Shown here: piece by piece, positions 61,459 to 64,000 of the stretch
How the letters are laid out: each line of letters begins with the position of its first letter
Numbering within the stretch: position 1 is the first letter of the stretch
From: a plasmid
Sequence record: NZ_CP090684.1
Length of the DNA stretch: 64,000 bases
Reading direction: 5' to 3' (one strand)
Made by a program: the position numbers and the translations under genes
The notes under the pieces: generated by a model
What the model saw: only the letters and a program-made list of their open reading frames with translations
Told to the model about the DNA's origin: nothing
Databases searched by the model: none

Positions 61459-63771
61459 TCACCACGTCCAGCGCTCACCGGCCACTTCGGCCCACGCCTC
61501 GCTCTCCGACGCACACCGATGCTGTTCTGCGGTCATCGCGATCTGAACAAGCAGGTCATCGACGCGCCGATCGAACGCATCTTGGTTGTCAAATGGCACC
61601 TGTAGCACGGTCACACCGTCTCGGATCGGCGTCCGCCCGAACCCGGCCAGTACTTCACGTTCGACGCGCTCGAGGACGCGTGCGCGACCACGCCCGCCCG
61701 GCCGCTTCGGCTCGACCCGCAGCTTCACGTGCACGGCGACGAGTTGGGCCGCTGCGCCCGTGTCCGCCCGGGCAGGCGGCGACGCGACCGGCACGCCCAT
61801 GGCCGCCGGCGGATCCGCGCGATCGAGCGCGGCGTTGAACAACGCCTCGACCGACTGGAACTGGCGTACCGCATCCGCCTTTGTATATAGCGTGGTGGTC
61901 CCTAGGCTGGCATGACCGAGCAACTCCTGCATGTCTCGTATGTCCGCGCCGGCGTCCAGGCCATGGTTCGCGAAAGTGTGGCGCAACCAGTGCGTGCTCG
62001 CACGGCGCAAGTCCGCCGCCGCGTTCGGATACGTGGCGGCCAACTGATCCGCCGCCCGCGCAAAAATCCCCTTGTAGAGCCGTCCGACCACGTCCGGATG
62101 CAGTGCTTCGCCGGTCACCAGGTTCGCGATGAGCGGCGTATCGGCCGGCGCGGTTTCGAGCGTCAGCGGAATCGGGCGGGCGCGCAGCTGCGCGCGCAGC
62201 GCGTCGATGAGTCGCCGCGGCATCGGCACAGTGCGTGCGCGCCGGCCCTTGCCCATCACCTTCAGGCTCCACGCATCGTCGAGCGCGCCATCGAGCGCGG
62301 TGCGCGTGAGTGCGCCGGTGGTCGCGGCGGCGATTTCAGCCCGTCGCAGTCCGGTGACGTAGGCAAACAACAGCAGGAACGCGTCGCGCGCGTTTGCAGC
62401 CTGATTCGCTGACCGATTCGCCAGTTGGGAGTCGCCGCCATCGAAGGCCGACGTAGGGCGCAGCACCGTCTGCAGCACATACTGCCACTGCGCACGCGTG
62501 AGCGAGCGCCCGGTCGCGTCGATCGGTACCGAGGGCGCGGCCGGAAGTCCAGCGAACGGATTCACACGCAGATACTGCTGGGCAACCAACCATTCGCCCA
62601 TCGCATTCAGGATCCGCCGCGCGGTGTCGCGGCTGCGTTCGGACAGCGGCCCGACGAACGGTCGCCATGCGGGATCGAAACGCTCGACGCGGCTGCGGCC
62701 GATCCAGCGCGCAGCGGGTTGCGGGTCGCGCAGGAACACGTCGAGATATTCCGCGCAGTCCATCGTATTCAACGACGACAGCGGCTTGCCCTTCGCGACG
62801 ATCGCCCACAGCAGCAATCGCTCGGCTTCGCGCCGGTACGCGCGGCGGGTCGCTTCGCTGCGCGCGCCGCGCGTCGCGATCCAGGCATGTACCGCCTGCA
62901 GGTCGGTGTTCAGTTCGGCCTGGTGCGCAGGCACAGGTGCACGGTTCAGGCCGGCCGAGCCGTCGAGGGCGGCTGGCACGCGCAGCGCCTCGAGCGGCGC
63001 CACGTCGGCAGCAGCGCCCGGTAGCGGCTGCAGCGCCGGGTGACCCGGTGCGAAATGCCGACGCGGCGTGACGGCGAGAGGCGAAAGGTACCCAAGCGTG
63101 TCCGGGTGTTGCGCAATGAAGTCGGTAATGCGCTGCGCGCCGATCGCGCCCAGGCGCGGTATCGCGCGGTACCACCGTTGGCGCCGTGTACGCATCAGCG
63201 CGAGCAGCTCGGCGAACGTCGTGATGCCGGCCGCCGCGAGCCGTGCGACCACGCGCGAGTCGAACCAGCCGTCGAGCGTGTGGTCGGGCCGCGGCGCCTC
63301 GACGAGACTGGCCTCCATGCGCGCGAGTGCGGCGTCCTGGCGATCGCGTAGTCGACGATTGCGCGCGGTCTTGCTATCGAGCGCGGGCGACGACGCCGGC
63401 GGGTAGGTCTCGATATACAGCGCGACGAGCTCCCGCTCGCTGTAGAACGCGTCCGGATCCACCTCGGCCCGGAACTCCTCGAGCGTCGGCACTTCCCGGC
63501 CGGCCGCGGCGCCGGCGTGCGCGTCGCGCGGCAGGCTACCAGGTTTCAGGCGTAGCAGGTGCGCGGCGTCGACGTCGCGCGCGCGCCGCGCGGCGATCGT
63601 GAGCGTATCGCGCAGCGTCGCGATCGTGCGGCGCGTCACGCGCACGTCGGTCCCCGGCACGCCGTAGTGCGCATGCAGCGTCGCTTCGTCGAGCCCTTCG
63701 AGGTACGCTCGGTACAGCGCGAAGTGGCCCGGGGTCAGGCGCAGCGTTGCGCGAGCGGGTGAAGCACGCAC
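61459..63771 (-). CDS. Large tyrosine recombinase / integrase (770 aa)
   Basis: HWLRHTFANH...LGHASLGTTTLYT catalytic region; GTG start whose first codon abuts the stop of a truncated membrane-protein ORF. Confidence 0.85.
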   Translation of the reverse strand: MRASPARATLRLTPGHFALYRAYLEGLDEATLHAHYGVPGTDVRVTRRTIATLRDTLTIAARRARDVDAAHLLRLKPGSLPRDAHAGAAAGREVPTLEEFRAEVDPDAFYSERELVALYIETYPPASSPALDSKTARNRRLRDRQDAALARMEASLVEAPRPDHTLDGWFDSRVVARLAAAGITTFAELLALMRTRRQRWYRAIPRLGAIGAQRITDFIAQHPDTLGYLSPLAVTPRRHFAPGHPALQPLPGAAADVAPLEALRVPAALDGSAGLNRAPVPAHQAELNTDLQAVHAWIATRGARSEATRRAYRREAERLLLWAIVAKGKPLSSLNTMDCAEYLDVFLRDPQPAARWIGRSRVERFDPAWRPFVGPLSERSRDTARRILNAMGEWLVAQQYLRVNPFAGLPAAPSVPIDATGRSLTRAQWQYVLQTVLRPTSAFDGGDSQLANRSANQAANARDAFLLLFAYVTGLRRAEIAAATTGALTRTALDGALDDAWSLKVMGKGRRARTVPMPRRLIDALRAQLRARPIPLTLETAPADTPLIANLVTGEALHPDVVGRLYKGIFARAADQLAATYPNAAADLRRASTHWLRHTFANHGLDAGADIRDMQELLGHASLGTTTLYTKADAVRQFQSVEALFNAALDRADPPAAMGVPVASPPARADTGAAAQLVAVHVKLRVEPKRPGGRGRARVLERVEREVLAGFGRTPIRDGVTVLQVPFDNQDAFDRRVDDLLVQIAMTAEQHRCASESEAWAEVAGERWTW

Positions 63772-63772
63772 G

Positions 63773-64000
63773 TCACTGGCCTCCGGTCGGCGTCGGGTGC
63801 AGCCACGCGGTGCGCCGCGCGATCCAGCCGAGGCCCCAGCTGACGCCCATCAGGCCAGCGAGGCCGAGACCGAGATGCACGGCGACCAACGCCGGCGCCT
63901 CGTGCACGCGCGGCGCGTGATAGATCTTCCACATGACGTCGAGAAACAACCAGAATCCCGACCCCGCAACGGCGGTGAACCACTGCGGCACCGCGAGCGC
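63773..64000 (-). CDS. 3' end of a membrane protein gene (partial, continues beyond window)
   Basis: Hydrophobic ...FWLFLDVMWKIYHAPRVHEAPALVAVHLGLGLAGLMGVSWGLGWIARRTAWLHPTPTGGQ* ending 1 nt before the integrase start. Confidence 0.4.
   Translation of the reverse strand, partial: ALAVPQWFTAVAGSGFWLFLDVMWKIYHAPRVHEAPALVAVHLGLGLAGLMGVSWGLGWIARRTAWLHPTPTGGQ

Noticed and set aside
60464-61605. Plus-strand ORFs 60464..61240 and 61153..61605
   Set aside because: They overlap the minus-strand 390-aa ORF and the integrase 3' end; low-complexity translations with no SD.

Overview
High-GC, Burkholderia-like (betaproteobacterial) accessory DNA, probably on a megaplasmid or a large genomic island.

The left ~42 kb is a composite heavy-metal and metalloid resistance island, in this order:
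- a porin, then czcCBA with czcRS on the minus strand; a [15 protein letters not shown] motif in the RND pump points to divalent cations;
- a PIB-4 (SPC-motif) P-type ATPase;
- a decayed, inverted arsC'-arsH copy;
- a complete ars operon: arsR, arsI-like, two tandem LMW-PTP arsC genes, acr3, an MFS transporter, a Grx-type arsC, arsH and a GNAT;
- a DUF305 protein;
- a second heavy-metal two-component system, divergent from a cop-like operon (secreted His/Cys protein, His/Met protein, NodT lipoprotein, small multicopper oxidase, cusF-like, copC, copD);
- a Csp-like Cys-rich four-helix protein;
- a monovalent cusCBA-cusF operon ([15 protein letters not shown] motif; SilB-like CusB with a C-terminal CusF domain), then dsbD;
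- a run of small Met/His/Cys-rich secreted or membrane proteins ending in a PII-like protein.

This cargo abuts four co-oriented genes at 41986..47514: three large tyrosine recombinases (411, 633 and 650 aa) plus a 145-aa HTH/coiled-coil protein. From memory this matches the ginABCD operon that defines GInt islands.

Right of that lie:
- a LexA-box-controlled imuA-imuB-dnaE2 mutagenesis cassette;
- a plasmid-type repA, korA-like, parB, parA, orf module;
- a lower-GC patch of uncharacterised genes (an XRE regulator, a secreted protein, a membrane-anchored protein);
- a 770-aa tyrosine recombinase sitting directly against the 3' end of a truncated membrane-protein gene.

Notable repeats:
- a near-perfect 87-bp direct repeat brackets the 16.3-kb ars and cop block;
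- an inverted arsC'-arsH pseudogene copy sits about 8 kb from the intact genes.

No rRNA, tRNA or CRISPR array was seen. Many track ORFs on the opposite strand of long genes are GC-frame artefacts and are not reported.
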